Source: Terriglobales bacterium (GTDB lineage: Bacteria > Acidobacteriota > Terriglobia > Terriglobales > Acidobacteriaceae). From it: DNA of 64,000 nt. Both the position numbers and the translations under genes were made by a program. The notes beneath the pieces were generated by a model, which was given only the letters and a program-made list of their open reading frames with translations, searched no databases and had not been told where the DNA came from. The stretch is from contig DATHOQ010000042.1 in NCBI GenBank assembly GCA_035484735.1, positions 22,460 to 86,459 on the forward strand, read 5' to 3'. Positions 18,308 to 27,141 of the stretch are shown piece by piece; within the stretch, counting starts at the first letter, position 1; each line of letters starts with the position of its first letter.

Positions 18308-19678
18308 TCACAGCGCCCGCAGTACCACCAGGCTGGCATCGTCCTGAAAGCGTCCGCCGCAGTGCTGCGACGCCGCTTGCATCAATGCATTCATCACTTC
18401 GGCTGCACCGGCGTTGGAATCTTGCGTCGCGACCTTAACCACATTGGCTTCGCCGAACGGTTCTTCATCCTGATCGCAGGCTTCGACCAGACCATCGGTG
18501 AACATCAGCAACTGGTCGCCGCGATTCAACTGCACGTCGCTCTGTTCGTAAACCCAATCGGGAAATTGCCCGAGCACCGCTCCCGCCGCATTCAACTCCT
18601 TCGATGTTCCGTTGGAGTGCACCAGCAGCGGAGGATTGTGACCGGCATTGCAGTAGGTCAGGGAATTCGTTTTGTCATCCAGCACTGCGTAGAAAAACGA
18701 GATGAACTTGTTCACCGGGGTCAAATCGCAAAGAATGCGGTTCAAACGACGGCACAACTCGCGCGGTGCCAGGTTTTGCCACATCAGCGGCTTCAGCGCA
18801 GCCTGCAAGCTCGACATCAAGAGCGCGGCTGGCATGCCTTTTCCGGCAACGTCGGCGATGCACAGCACTGTCTGGTGATCGCTGATGCGGACCACGTTGT
18901 AGTAATCCCCGCCAACGAACCGCACCGGCTGGGTCATGCCCGCAACCTCGTAGTCCGAAACCTGCGGCAGCTTTTTAGGCAGCAGATTGCTTTGCATCTC
19001 GCGGGCTTCCTGCAACTCATTCTCCCGACTCCGACCTGCCTGCCGTAGCCCCCGCACTCGTTCAACCTGAGCTTGAAGTTTTTCGAGCAGCTGGTTGTTC
19101 TGCCAAGGTTTCTGTACAAAGTCAGACGCGCCCCGCCGCATCGCCTCGACCGCCAGATCAACGCTACTCCACGCCGTCATCACTACAACAGGTAAGCTTT
19201 CATCCCGAGCCCGAATCTGGGAAACCAATTCCAATCCTTCGCCGCCCGCGGTGGTGTCGCGCGTGTAATTCAGGTCCAGCAGTACTGCGTCGAACTCGTT
19301 CGCCTCCAGCGCCTGTAGCACTAGAGCGGGATGCGTGGCTACTTCCGTCCGGTAGCCGTGCCCCTTGAGCAGCAATTGCAAGGCGTCCAGAACATGCGGA
19401 TAATCATCGGCAATCAACACACGTGCCGCTGTTGTGTCTACGGTTCCAAAGACTTGAGTTGTTGCCAGGGTTTCCATACTGGACAGAATTGCAACCTGCG
19501 GGCCAAAGGGTGAAGTGGCTACAACCACTGATTTCAGGAGGGTAAGACCTCTAATTGCAGATGCGGCGACATTGGTACTGTGCGCCAATGGAACCGTTTG
19601 TTCGGAAACGAACAGCTGCATTTCTGACAGGCGGGGCAGGGACGCTTTCGCGTCCCATGCCCCAATCCCCTTGATCAT
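18308..19678 (-). CDS. Response-regulator receiver fused to a PP2C/SpoIIE-type phosphatase (RsbU-like)
   Basis: REC motifs RVLIADDYPHV...DAVLLDLNY...VVVMTAW, then the PP2C region VGGDYYNV...CIADVAGKG...FTDGL. ATGA overlap with the upstream gene supports the start at 19678. Confidence 0.8.
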   Translation of the reverse strand: MIKGIGAWDAKASLPRLSEMQLFVSEQTVPLAHSTNVAASAIRGLTLLKSVVVATSPFGPQVAILSSMETLATTQVFGTVDTTAARVLIADDYPHVLDALQLLLKGHGYRTEVATHPALVLQALEANEFDAVLLDLNYTRDTTAGGEGLELVSQIRARDESLPVVVMTAWSSVDLAVEAMRRGASDFVQKPWQNNQLLEKLQAQVERVRGLRQAGRSRENELQEAREMQSNLLPKKLPQVSDYEVAGMTQPVRFVGGDYYNVVRISDHQTVLCIADVAGKGMPAALLMSSLQAALKPLMWQNLAPRELCRRLNRILCDLTPVNKFISFFYAVLDDKTNSLTYCNAGHNPPLLVHSNGTSKELNAAGAVLGQFPDWVYEQSDVQLNRGDQLLMFTDGLVEACDQDEEPFGEANVVKVATQDSNAGAAEVMNALMQAASQHCGGRFQDDASLVVLRAL

Positions 19679-21243
19679 TGGATGGTAAGCGTCACCGGCG
19701 TGGAGTGAGTGATTCCTCCCGACGTGCCGTTTACCATGACGGTCACAGTTTGCTTAGTAGTCGCCATGGTCGATGAGGTTGATCCGCCTCCGCAACCAAG
19801 CGCGACCAGGGCCAGGAGAATCACCATCCCCAACCCTGCAACCCACACAGTCTGTTTCCATCGCTTCGCTGTGCGCTTGTCGTTCTCTCGTCGGCCGGCA
19901 AAAAACACTCCGACCAGACCCAACCCAGAGAAAGGAATCCAGGCCATCGTCATCCCCGTCACGGTGTACCCCGATGGTGGCGTAACCGATACCGCCGAGA
20001 TGGTCAGAGTGGAACTCATTCCCGGCGTGATGCTGTTGGAGGAGAAGTTGCAGGTCAAGCCCGTGGGTGCGTTCGGACAAGACAAGGTGATGGCGCTGCT
20101 GAAGCCGGCCACCGGACTTGCCCCTACCGTCAGCATCGCAGACCCTCCCGGGGTTATGGTTGCTTTCTGCGCGGAGAGTGTCAGCGAGAAATTCGCTTGT
20201 CCCGCAACCGCCGCTGGCGTCAGTGTGGCGAACAGCCCACTCGTCTGATTGCTGCCGCCCGCAGTGAAATACAGAGTGTTCGGATCGCCCGTGCCGCCCG
20301 CACCGAAAACCAGGTCCCACAAGCCGGGATTCACGATTGTCTTATTGTTTGTGTCCATAACCTGGCCCAGAAACTTTCCGCTAGCCGTATCAAATGCGTT
20401 GATCGTGCCATCTCCGAAATTTCCCACCAGAATCGCATTCGAGAACGTCCCGAACGACGCGGATGCCGTGACGACTCCCCAGGGAGCATTCAAGGTTCCG
20501 CCGGTGGCGAAGGTCTTCACAAAGTTTCCGTTCTGGTCAAAGATGTCAATGACTCCGCTGCCCGCTCCGGGCGTGGGATCGTGCTTGGCGGCGTCCTGCA
20601 TGGCATAAGCCACGTACACTTGATTGCCAATCACGTGCACTCCATGAGGCGCCATTCCCGCCGGAAGATTGGGATCGGTAAACGATCCCGCCAGCGCGGT
20701 CACCAGAAAGTTCCTGTCCAATACATCGATCTTTCCGGTGCGGAAGTTTGCCGCCAGCAGGAAGTTTCCCGTTCCATTGTTCAGCAGCGCCAGCCCTTTG
20801 TACACGGCCTGAGCCGCCGAATTATCAAATGCTACCGCGGCGTTGGTACCGTCAACCCAACTGGCCACAATGCCATCTTCGGTATCAAAGATAAAATTGC
20901 TCCCCTCAAAATCCGCGCTAGTGTTGGCCACGGTTCCTGTCGGGCAGGCCGGGCTGCAAGGGTTAACCGCCGCAACCGGTATGGTGACTACTAAACTATT
21001 CTTGTTGCCCTGGGAGTCGTAGAGCGTGGACGTTCCGCCATTATTATTCGAGATCCAGAATGGCCCGCCCGGAACGAACGAGATGCCCCAGGGATTGGAA
21101 AGTTGCGGGTCGGTATGGTTGGCCACACCCGCCACATTGGCCACCAAGTTAGTTTGAGCGTAGCCCGTTGTCTGACCTAGCAGGTTGGATGTACTGCCCA
21201 CCGTCGTGCACAAGCCGAGAAACAAAAGTGCAAATTTCTTCAT
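19675..21243 (-). CDS. TIGR03118-family secreted protein with Ig-like region and a C-terminal double-TM segment
   Basis: ATG 21243 follows AAAGGAGAAGG, with signal peptide MKKFALLFLGLCTTVGS. YAQTNLVANVAGVANHTDPQLSNPWGISF matches my memory of the TIGR03118 family. Two hydrophobic helices lie near the C-terminus (IPFSGLGLVGVFFAG, VWVAGLGMVILLALVAL). Confidence 0.65.
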   Translation of the reverse strand: MKKFALLFLGLCTTVGSTSNLLGQTTGYAQTNLVANVAGVANHTDPQLSNPWGISFVPGGPFWISNNNGGTSTLYDSQGNKNSLVVTIPVAAVNPCSPACPTGTVANTSADFEGSNFIFDTEDGIVASWVDGTNAAVAFDNSAAQAVYKGLALLNNGTGNFLLAANFRTGKIDVLDRNFLVTALAGSFTDPNLPAGMAPHGVHVIGNQVYVAYAMQDAAKHDPTPGAGSGVIDIFDQNGNFVKTFATGGTLNAPWGVVTASASFGTFSNAILVGNFGDGTINAFDTASGKFLGQVMDTNNKTIVNPGLWDLVFGAGGTGDPNTLYFTAGGSNQTSGLFATLTPAAVAGQANFSLTLSAQKATITPGGSAMLTVGASPVAGFSSAITLSCPNAPTGLTCNFSSNSITPGMSSTLTISAVSVTPPSGYTVTGMTMAWIPFSGLGLVGVFFAGRRENDKRTAKRWKQTVWVAGLGMVILLALVALGCGGGSTSSTMATTKQTVTVMVNGTSGGITHSTPVTLTIQ

Positions 21244-21517
21244 GTTCCTTCTCCTTTCGCGAATCACTCGGGATCGGCTTCCGACACTTCAGCCCCGATG
21301 GTTCCGTGTTTCTGGCCCGCGTCCTTACTGCAATCCGCTATGTTCGCAGCGTATCTTCCTTGAGCAAAGGGAGTGTCAGCGGCAGGTCTGGCAGATGTAA
21401 AAAGTTATTTACAAAGTAAATGCGAGGTAAGGACGGATTACTCCGGTAATAACAAGGTCTGCAACGGTCTTGTTTGATTCGCAGCAGCAGCCGCAAACTA
21501 CTAGCGGGGAGAAAACT

Positions 21518-21790
21518 TTGCCGCCGTCCAATCCATCTGCTTTCAAAGCGACGTTGACGGGGAAGTCAGTGATCGTAAAGATTTCTCTCTTCAGCCGCGC
21601 TTTCTCCGGCACCATCATCGCCGTAGACGAGATCGGCTTCTGCTTCGTCAGCGAAGCTATGATCGCGGCCTTGCGCGAAACCACCGGCAGCGCCATGGCC
21701 AACCTGGACGCACCCAGCGTCTACCTTACTTTCGCCAGTTTAGAATGGCTGGTTTCTTCCCAGCCTAAGGCCGCGGCCGCGTCAGCCTGA
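21518..21790 (+). CDS. Hypothetical small protein
   Basis: Strong third-position G/C bias in this frame, versus the antisense track ORF. In-frame TTG at 21518 lies 6 nt after GGGGAG. No family recognised. Confidence 0.4.
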   Translation: MPPSNPSAFKATLTGKSVIVKISLFSRAFSGTIIAVDEIGFCFVSEAMIAALRETTGSAMANLDAPSVYLTFASLEWLVSSQPKAAAASA

Positions 21791-21979
21791 CTGAAGATTG
21801 AGAGATCTAGTCTGCTAACCCTCAAGTGGAAAATTGAGAGAATGTTTACTAGCCTCTTACCCTGCCTAAAGCATCCAATCCACAGAAGCTTTTCGAGTTT
21901 CCAAGGGTTACAGTATTCGAGGTCAGTATGCTTTATTTCTTGTTCAGCGGCGACCAGGCTTCCCACCAAGGAGACCAGA

Positions 21980-22585
21980 ATGAAACCTTGTGACACGCGA
22001 CGGTTTATGTGTGCTTTGTTAGTACTGGGCGCGCTTTTCTCGACGACGTGTACTAACGCCTCTGCAGCCGACTTCAATCCTTATTCGCAAGCAAAAGTGG
22101 TCGCTCACTTGCCGCTGTCTGGGGCCGGAGCGACACAGATGTTCTTGCGGCAAGAAGGCAAAACCCGCTACCTCTACCTGCAGCGATCTTCCCAGCAAGG
22201 GTTCACCGTTATCAACGTCACCAAGCCGGAACGGCCAAAGGTGGTCAGTCGGGTGCCACTGGAGACCCGAACCATTATGGGCTCCGGGCTGGTAATCACA
22301 GAAACTCCTGACCTTTCGGCGACCGTGAGAGCTTCCGGAGCGACTCGAAATGGGGATGGAAACCTGGTACCTGAGTCGATCCATGTGCTCGAGGTACGCG
22401 ATTCTGAACACTCGCGGACAGTTCAAACCTTTAACGGCGTCACTGGCATCTTGCAAGACTCGGCGCGCAATTTGATCTACGTGGTAAACGGCGATGGGGT
22501 CTGGATCCTGTCACGCCGGCAAACGTCGTACAAGCGTAAGTGCAGCTCGTCGGATGCCATCTCATCGATTCCCGACTGCGATTAG
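21980..22585 (+). CDS. Secreted hypothetical protein
   Basis: ATG 21980 follows AAGGAG (21968-21973), with signal peptide MKPCDTRRFMCALLVLGALFSTTCTNASA. The upstream part of the track ORF lacks coding character. Confidence 0.55.
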   Translation: MKPCDTRRFMCALLVLGALFSTTCTNASAADFNPYSQAKVVAHLPLSGAGATQMFLRQEGKTRYLYLQRSSQQGFTVINVTKPERPKVVSRVPLETRTIMGSGLVITETPDLSATVRASGATRNGDGNLVPESIHVLEVRDSEHSRTVQTFNGVTGILQDSARNLIYVVNGDGVWILSRRQTSYKRKCSSSDAISSIPDCD

Positions 22586-22777
22586 CGCTTCACGATCCCC
22601 CGCTCCTGGGCCCCACAAGCAACCCGTGTTGTGTTTAGCCAGATCCCCGTATAACTGTTGACGAGATGCTGGCTTCTTGAAAGAATGCATCGCCTAGATG
22701 TTGCGGATTAAAGACGCGGGGATTCAGGCCACCAGAGCCCGAATCCATGGGGCGACTTTAAAATCTTGGGGGAGTTG

Positions 22778-23449
22778 ATGCACAAGCTGTCAAGGTTCAT
22801 CATTTCGGTTTGCCTTTTGATATTCGCTGCAATCGTTGTATTTGCTCAGACCAACAAGGACGCAGTTGTCACCATCAACGGCGGCAGCAGGACGCTTTTT
22901 CTCAAACCGCCTTCACGAATCCTTGTTCCCGATGCTCCACTACCAGCGGGAGTTGTCACCATCTACAGCAACCTCGGCAAGGGCGACCAAGCCTACAATC
23001 CGAACGCGGGAGTCGGCATTGTTGGGAAGGACGCTGGTCAACCTCTCCCGCAGTGGGTAGGCATTGCATTCACTCCCCAAGCAGATCATCTAGTGCAGGC
23101 CATTCGCGTGGGTGCCACCTACGTGAGCGGTAGCAACGAAATGGCATTGTTGTTGGACGCGGATGACAATGGTGTTCCGGGCGCGATGTTGCATGCCTGG
23201 AAATTATCTGATCTGCCGGAGTTCGGATCTTGCTGTCTTCTCCAGACTCGGGAATATGTGACTGGAGTCCCGGTGAAAGCCGGCATTCAGTACTGGGTCG
23301 TTCTCCGAACCATGCCGCAAGGCACGGACACCTATGGAGTCTGGGATGACAACTTCAAAGAGACGCAAGGCACTTGGGCCAATGACACCGGACAAGGCTG
23401 GCACACCAGCTACCAAGTGCTTCCCGCAGTTGGAGTCTACGGGCAGTAG
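22778..23449 (+). CDS. Secreted hypothetical protein
   Basis: ATG 22778 follows GGGGGAG, with signal peptide MHKLSRFIISVCLLIFAAIVVFA. No family recognised. Confidence 0.55.
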   Translation: MHKLSRFIISVCLLIFAAIVVFAQTNKDAVVTINGGSRTLFLKPPSRILVPDAPLPAGVVTIYSNLGKGDQAYNPNAGVGIVGKDAGQPLPQWVGIAFTPQADHLVQAIRVGATYVSGSNEMALLLDADDNGVPGAMLHAWKLSDLPEFGSCCLLQTREYVTGVPVKAGIQYWVVLRTMPQGTDTYGVWDDNFKETQGTWANDTGQGWHTSYQVLPAVGVYGQ

Positions 23450-23518
23450 GGAGGGCTGAGCGTCACTGCTCAGATCAGCTCCCATCTGCGGATCGATTGA
23501 CCGTGCGACCGCGACTGC

Positions 23519-24937
23519 TTACGGCTGCGGTTGAGCCTGCGAAGACGGCTTCTTCTGCGGCTGAGTGCGACTCTGAGGCGCAGGCTTCTGCTGAGGGGTC
23601 GGCTGATTTCCCGCGGGTCGATTCGGGGCCGTCGGTTTCGCTTGGCCGGGCGCTGTTGGCTGGCTTGGGCGCGGCTGGTTCGGATTACTGGGCTTGGGTG
23701 GTTGCGTCGACGGACGGTCCGGTGTCGTCGGTTTCGTTGTCGGTGGTGTTGTCGGTCGACCTGGGGCTGGTTGGTTCGGTGCTCCAGGCTTGGACGGTTG
23801 GGTGGTCGGCGGTTTCGGAGTTGGCTTCGGCTGCCCTGGCGTTGTCGGTCGACCCGCACCTGGTTGGTTCGGGGTACCAGGCCTAGACGGTTTGGTGGGC
23901 GGTCGATTCGGCGTCGTCGGTTTCGTTGGCGGCGTTGTTGGGCGGCCCGGAGCTGGCCGGTTGGGTGCACCGGGCTTCGGTTGCGGTGCTGGCGGTCGAT
24001 TGCCCCCTGGCTGATTTCCAGGACGGTTGTAGCCCGGACGATTGTTCGGTCCGTAAGGCGGACGACTGTAGCCGGGGCGGCTCCCCGGATAATTCGGAGG
24101 CCGGTAGCCATGTGGACGATAGCCCCAATTGCCGCCGTATCCTGGCCGGTTGGCATACACTACGGGTCGCGGACGATACCAAATGTGTGGCGGGCGATAG
24201 GGATTCGACCACCCGCCCCAATAGACGTGGTTGTAATAGGCGCGGCGCGCGCCCCAGTTCCATCCCCAGCCACCCCACCCCCATGGCCGATTGTCAACGA
24301 TTAGCGCCCCGATCCCGATCCCCACTCCGAAAGTGATGACCGGAGTTGCCACAACCACATTCGGAGCTGGTCGCACATAAACGACAGTAGGATCGTAAAC
24401 CGGCACATAGACTACTTGCGGGTTTGCCGGTTGGATCACATAGATCGTCTGACCTGCGGGCTGCTGCACTTCCACCTTTTGTTGTTCATTGCTGCGCAAC
24501 GTGCCGGCTTCGTACGCTTGCGCCCGCAACCGCTGAATCGAGGCAGCGACCGCTTCCTGATCGGACGAAAACGCATGCCCGATAGCAGCGTAGTCGTCGA
24601 TATGCTGCGCCATCATCTCCAGCACTTGCGGAAAATTTACCAGCGCGATGAATGCAGGATCGAATCCCTGCTTCTCCGCTGCGTCGGTCAGTTCGGTGCC
24701 CTTTAGCTCAGGGTTTTGCTGCAACCAGTTATCAACGTCAAGGACTTCCTGCGGATTCGTCGAGGCAGTGGTGATCTGGGAGAGCAGGGAATCAGGATAA
24801 AGCGCGACCGGGGAAAGCAACTGATCCAGTTCTTCCGGTGTAGGGGACGCTGTCTGCGCCTGGAGTAAAGGACCGAAGTCCTGAAACACCAGCACTACCA
24901 GTAGCAGGATTGCGGTAAAACTTGGACTTCGTCGCAT
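23519..24937 (-). CDS. DUF3300-domain protein with long Pro-rich C-terminal tail
   Basis: ATG 24937 follows GGAGGAG, with signal MRRSPSFTAILLLVVLVF. LDQLLSPVALYPDSLLSQITTAST is the DUF3300 signature. The C-terminal ~200 aa are P/T/N/G-rich. Confidence 0.75.
   Translation of the reverse strand: MRRSPSFTAILLLVVLVFQDFGPLLQAQTASPTPEELDQLLSPVALYPDSLLSQITTASTNPQEVLDVDNWLQQNPELKGTELTDAAEKQGFDPAFIALVNFPQVLEMMAQHIDDYAAIGHAFSSDQEAVAASIQRLRAQAYEAGTLRSNEQQKVEVQQPAGQTIYVIQPANPQVVYVPVYDPTVVYVRPAPNVVVATPVITFGVGIGIGALIVDNRPWGWGGWGWNWGARRAYYNHVYWGGWSNPYRPPHIWYRPRPVVYANRPGYGGNWGYRPHGYRPPNYPGSRPGYSRPPYGPNNRPGYNRPGNQPGGNRPPAPQPKPGAPNRPAPGRPTTPPTKPTTPNRPPTKPSRPGTPNQPGAGRPTTPGQPKPTPKPPTTQPSKPGAPNQPAPGRPTTPPTTKPTTPDRPSTQPPKPSNPNQPRPSQPTAPGQAKPTAPNRPAGNQPTPQQKPAPQSRTQPQKKPSSQAQPQP
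23721..23985. repeat. Imperfect tandem duplication inside the Pro-rich coding tail
   Basis: Segments starting at 23721 and 23910 align over about 70 nt (GGYGTCGTCGGTTTCGTTGKCGG...) with one 3-nt indel. They encode KPGAPN[QR]PAPGRPTTPPT(T)KPTTP[DN]RP twice. Confidence 0.7.
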
Positions 24938-25047
24938 GGACTCCTCCGCACTGCGGTTAGTGGTGAGGGGTAGGGGGATTATAGCATCAGATAACCGCGA
25001 GGATTCTATCTCTCCAAGCCAAAAGCTAACAGCCAGGAGCGGTTTAT

Positions 25048-25072
25048 TGGTGGAGGCGACGGGAGTCGAGCC
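25048..25072 (-). other. Orphan copy of the ssrA 3' end (candidate att site remnant)
   Basis: TGGTGGAGGCGaCGGGAGTCGAgCC versus ssrA 32407-32431 TGGTGGAGGCGgCGGGAGTCGAaCC: 23 of 25 identical, same orientation. No tRNA or tmRNA body is attached. Confidence 0.7.
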
Positions 25073-25248
25073 TTCCATCCCCATTTGGAATCTGTAACTA
25101 CTGATTCTACAAAAGGACGCCGCACGCTATTTTCACAATCTACGATAATTGAAAATAGACGACTCGGTGTTGGCCGGCGTAGAGCAAACCACCAACGGTT
25201 TCTAGGGGCAGCCACAGGAATTGCTACAAAGATACTATGGAGTTGTGC

Positions 25249-25268
25249 AGTATAGTCCCCTATGCTAT
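25249..25268. promoter_or_regulatory. Candidate RcnR/CsoR-family operator 1 (AGTATAG-TCCC-CTATgCT)
   Basis: An AT-rich inverted repeat flanking a C4 tract, 13 nt upstream of the regulator ATG. It lies between possible TTGTGC (-35) and TATGCT (-10) hexamers. Confidence 0.55.
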
Positions 25269-25280
25269 GCTGCCCCGAAT

Positions 25281-25559
25281 ATGAGTCATGCTGCCAAGAA
25301 CAAGGAAAAGCTAATCGTCCGAGCTCGCCGCATTCGCGGGCAAATAGAAGCGCTTGAACGGGCCCTGACCGAGGAACAAGACTGTGGCGATATCCTGCGG
25401 CTAATCACGTCCGCTCGCGGCGCCATGAACTCGCTAATGGTGGAGTTGCTTGAAGACCAGATCCGATTTCACGTCCTCGATCCCAATCGAAAACCAAGTT
25501 CTGAACAGTCCGAAGCGGCAGATGGCCTCGTTGAAACCATTAAGTCCTACCTGAAGTGA
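25281..25559 (+). CDS. CsoR/RcnR/FrmR-family metal-sensing transcriptional repressor
   Basis: A 92-aa protein with KEKLIVRARRIRGQIEALERAL...CGDILRLITSARGAMNSLMVELLEDQI. It has N-terminal Met-Ser-His and a single Cys, so it lacks the CsoR Cu(I) C-H-C triad. Confidence 0.8.
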   Translation: MSHAAKNKEKLIVRARRIRGQIEALERALTEEQDCGDILRLITSARGAMNSLMVELLEDQIRFHVLDPNRKPSSEQSEAADGLVETIKSYLK

Positions 25560-25688
25560 AACCCTCATCCCGCGGGCGCCGGCCGCGCGCCACGTGCCCC
25601 TGTTGACACCCATCGCTCTGCGAGTTTTGCAACCTCGGACCTCCGCTCCCCGCTGCCACCGAACTTTTCTTCATTTTTCCCTTGCTAC

Positions 25689-25706
25689 AGTATAGTCCCC
25701 TATACT
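25689..25706. promoter_or_regulatory. Candidate RcnR/CsoR-family operator 2 (AGTATAG-TCCC-CTATACT)
   Basis: A perfect 7-bp inverted repeat around TCCC. The 21-nt block CAGTATAGTCCCCTATRCTAT is shared with operator 1. It sits between TTGCTA and TATAAG hexamers, about 175 nt upstream of the efflux operon ATG. Confidence 0.6.
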
Positions 25707-25881
25707 ATAAGATTTGGTCGGAAGCTACGTAACACCATCCAGTGACAGGTTTGGTAGGCGGCGGGCTTGTAACAGTCCCGTAACTTGCCAGTGCCATCAT
25801 TATAGATTTGCAAGATGCTGGCGAAAGGAAGTATCCGACCCGGGCGCGAGACCTTGTGGGGAAAGAGACGTGGAGGATTTC

Positions 25882-27141
25882 ATGCGGCGGAACTTGAGGG
25901 TTTTGTTCAGCTGGTTGTTGCTTATCGTCGCCTTGGGGGAGATCGGTCTCGCCCAAAAGGCGCTGACTTGGCAGGAAGTTCGTGGCAAGTTCGAAGCGGC
26001 AAACCCAACTCTACGAGCCGGACAAATTGGCATCGATGAATCACGAGCACAAGAAATCACGGCGAATCTCCGTCCGAACCCGAACTTAGCCATTCTTGCC
26101 GACCAGATCGATCCTTTCAGCGGCGGTCCGTCTCATGGGCCTTTCGCCTACCTCTTGTCCTCGGGAACAGTGAGCCAACTATGGGAACGTCAGCACAAAC
26201 GCGGGCTTCGGCTGGAGAGCGCCCAGAAGGCTACCTCAATTGCAACCTCCGGGCAAGCCGATTTGGAGCGAAATCTGTTGTTTAATCTCCGCGGGGCATT
26301 CGTCGAGACGCTTCAGGAGAAAGCGATCCTAAGTCTCGCCAAGGAAAACTTGGCTTACTACGACCACGTATTGGATGTGAATCGTGAGCGATACAAAGCC
26401 GGCGGAATAGCCCAAGTGGATCTGAAGCGCCTGGAATTGCAAAGAGTTCAATATCTATCTGACTTGCAGACTGCCGAAGTGAATCTTCGCGTCGCAAAGA
26501 TTCAACTGCTCATGCTCCTGAACGATCAGACTCCGGTCGAACAATTCGATGTCATCGGCCCGTTTGATTTTGCGGAACAGATTCCTCCCCTCAACGACGT
26601 TCGTCAAGCCGCCGTCGATACGCGCCCTGATCTAAGGGCGGCGTTGCAGTCAGTCGATAAGGCAAAGACCGACTACCGGCTCGCTGTGGCCAATGGATCG
26701 ACTGATCCGGTCCTTGGTTTCGATGTCGGGCGAAATCCCCCAATCGATCAGTACATTGGTTTCAGCGTGAGTATTCCTCTGCGGATTTTCGATCGCAATC
26801 AGGGTGAAAAACGCCGCACCCAACTGGATATTGATCGCAATGACAGTCTCGCAGCCGCAGCACGGGCGCAAGTTTTCAACGATGTTGATTCTGCCTACGC
26901 CACGGTCGATAGTGCAGTAGTTCTTCTCAAACCGTATAAGGACCAGTACCTGGAAGAGGCTTCCAGTGTAAGGGACACAATCTCCTTTTCGTACCAACAC
27001 GGGGCGGCATCGCTGCTCGATTTTCTCAACGCTCAGGCTGACTACCGGAGCGTGCAGGTGAACTATTTGAATCTGGTTGCCTCTTATCTGAATGCGGCCA
27101 GCCAACTGAATCTTGCTGTCGGACGCGAGGTGATCCAATGA
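25882..27141 (+). CDS. czcC: TolC-family outer-membrane factor of an RND efflux system (CzcC-like)
   Basis: ATG 25882 follows TGGAGGA, with signal MRRNLRVLFSWLLLIVALGEIGLA. Two OEP-type repeats are present, and an ATGA overlap links it to the next gene. Confidence 0.8.
   Translation: MRRNLRVLFSWLLLIVALGEIGLAQKALTWQEVRGKFEAANPTLRAGQIGIDESRAQEITANLRPNPNLAILADQIDPFSGGPSHGPFAYLLSSGTVSQLWERQHKRGLRLESAQKATSIATSGQADLERNLLFNLRGAFVETLQEKAILSLAKENLAYYDHVLDVNRERYKAGGIAQVDLKRLELQRVQYLSDLQTAEVNLRVAKIQLLMLLNDQTPVEQFDVIGPFDFAEQIPPLNDVRQAAVDTRPDLRAALQSVDKAKTDYRLAVANGSTDPVLGFDVGRNPPIDQYIGFSVSIPLRIFDRNQGEKRRTQLDIDRNDSLAAAARAQVFNDVDSAYATVDSAVVLLKPYKDQYLEEASSVRDTISFSYQHGAASLLDFLNAQADYRSVQVNYLNLVASYLNAASQLNLAVGREVIQ

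Noticed and set aside
23470-24336. Several Arg-rich or Gly-rich ORFs in alternative frames of the Pro-rich repeat region
   Set aside because: They are frame artefacts of CCN/GGN-rich repetitive DNA. The DUF3300 frame is the only one contiguous with a recognisable domain, signal peptide and SD.
25048-25124. Possible tRNA gene suggested by the ...TCGACTCCCGTCGCCTCCACCA end
   Set aside because: No complementary 5' acceptor strand (GGAGGCG), D-arm or anticodon arm can be formed in the upstream 80 nt. The T-stem is also broken. It is better explained as a partial copy of the ssrA 3' end.
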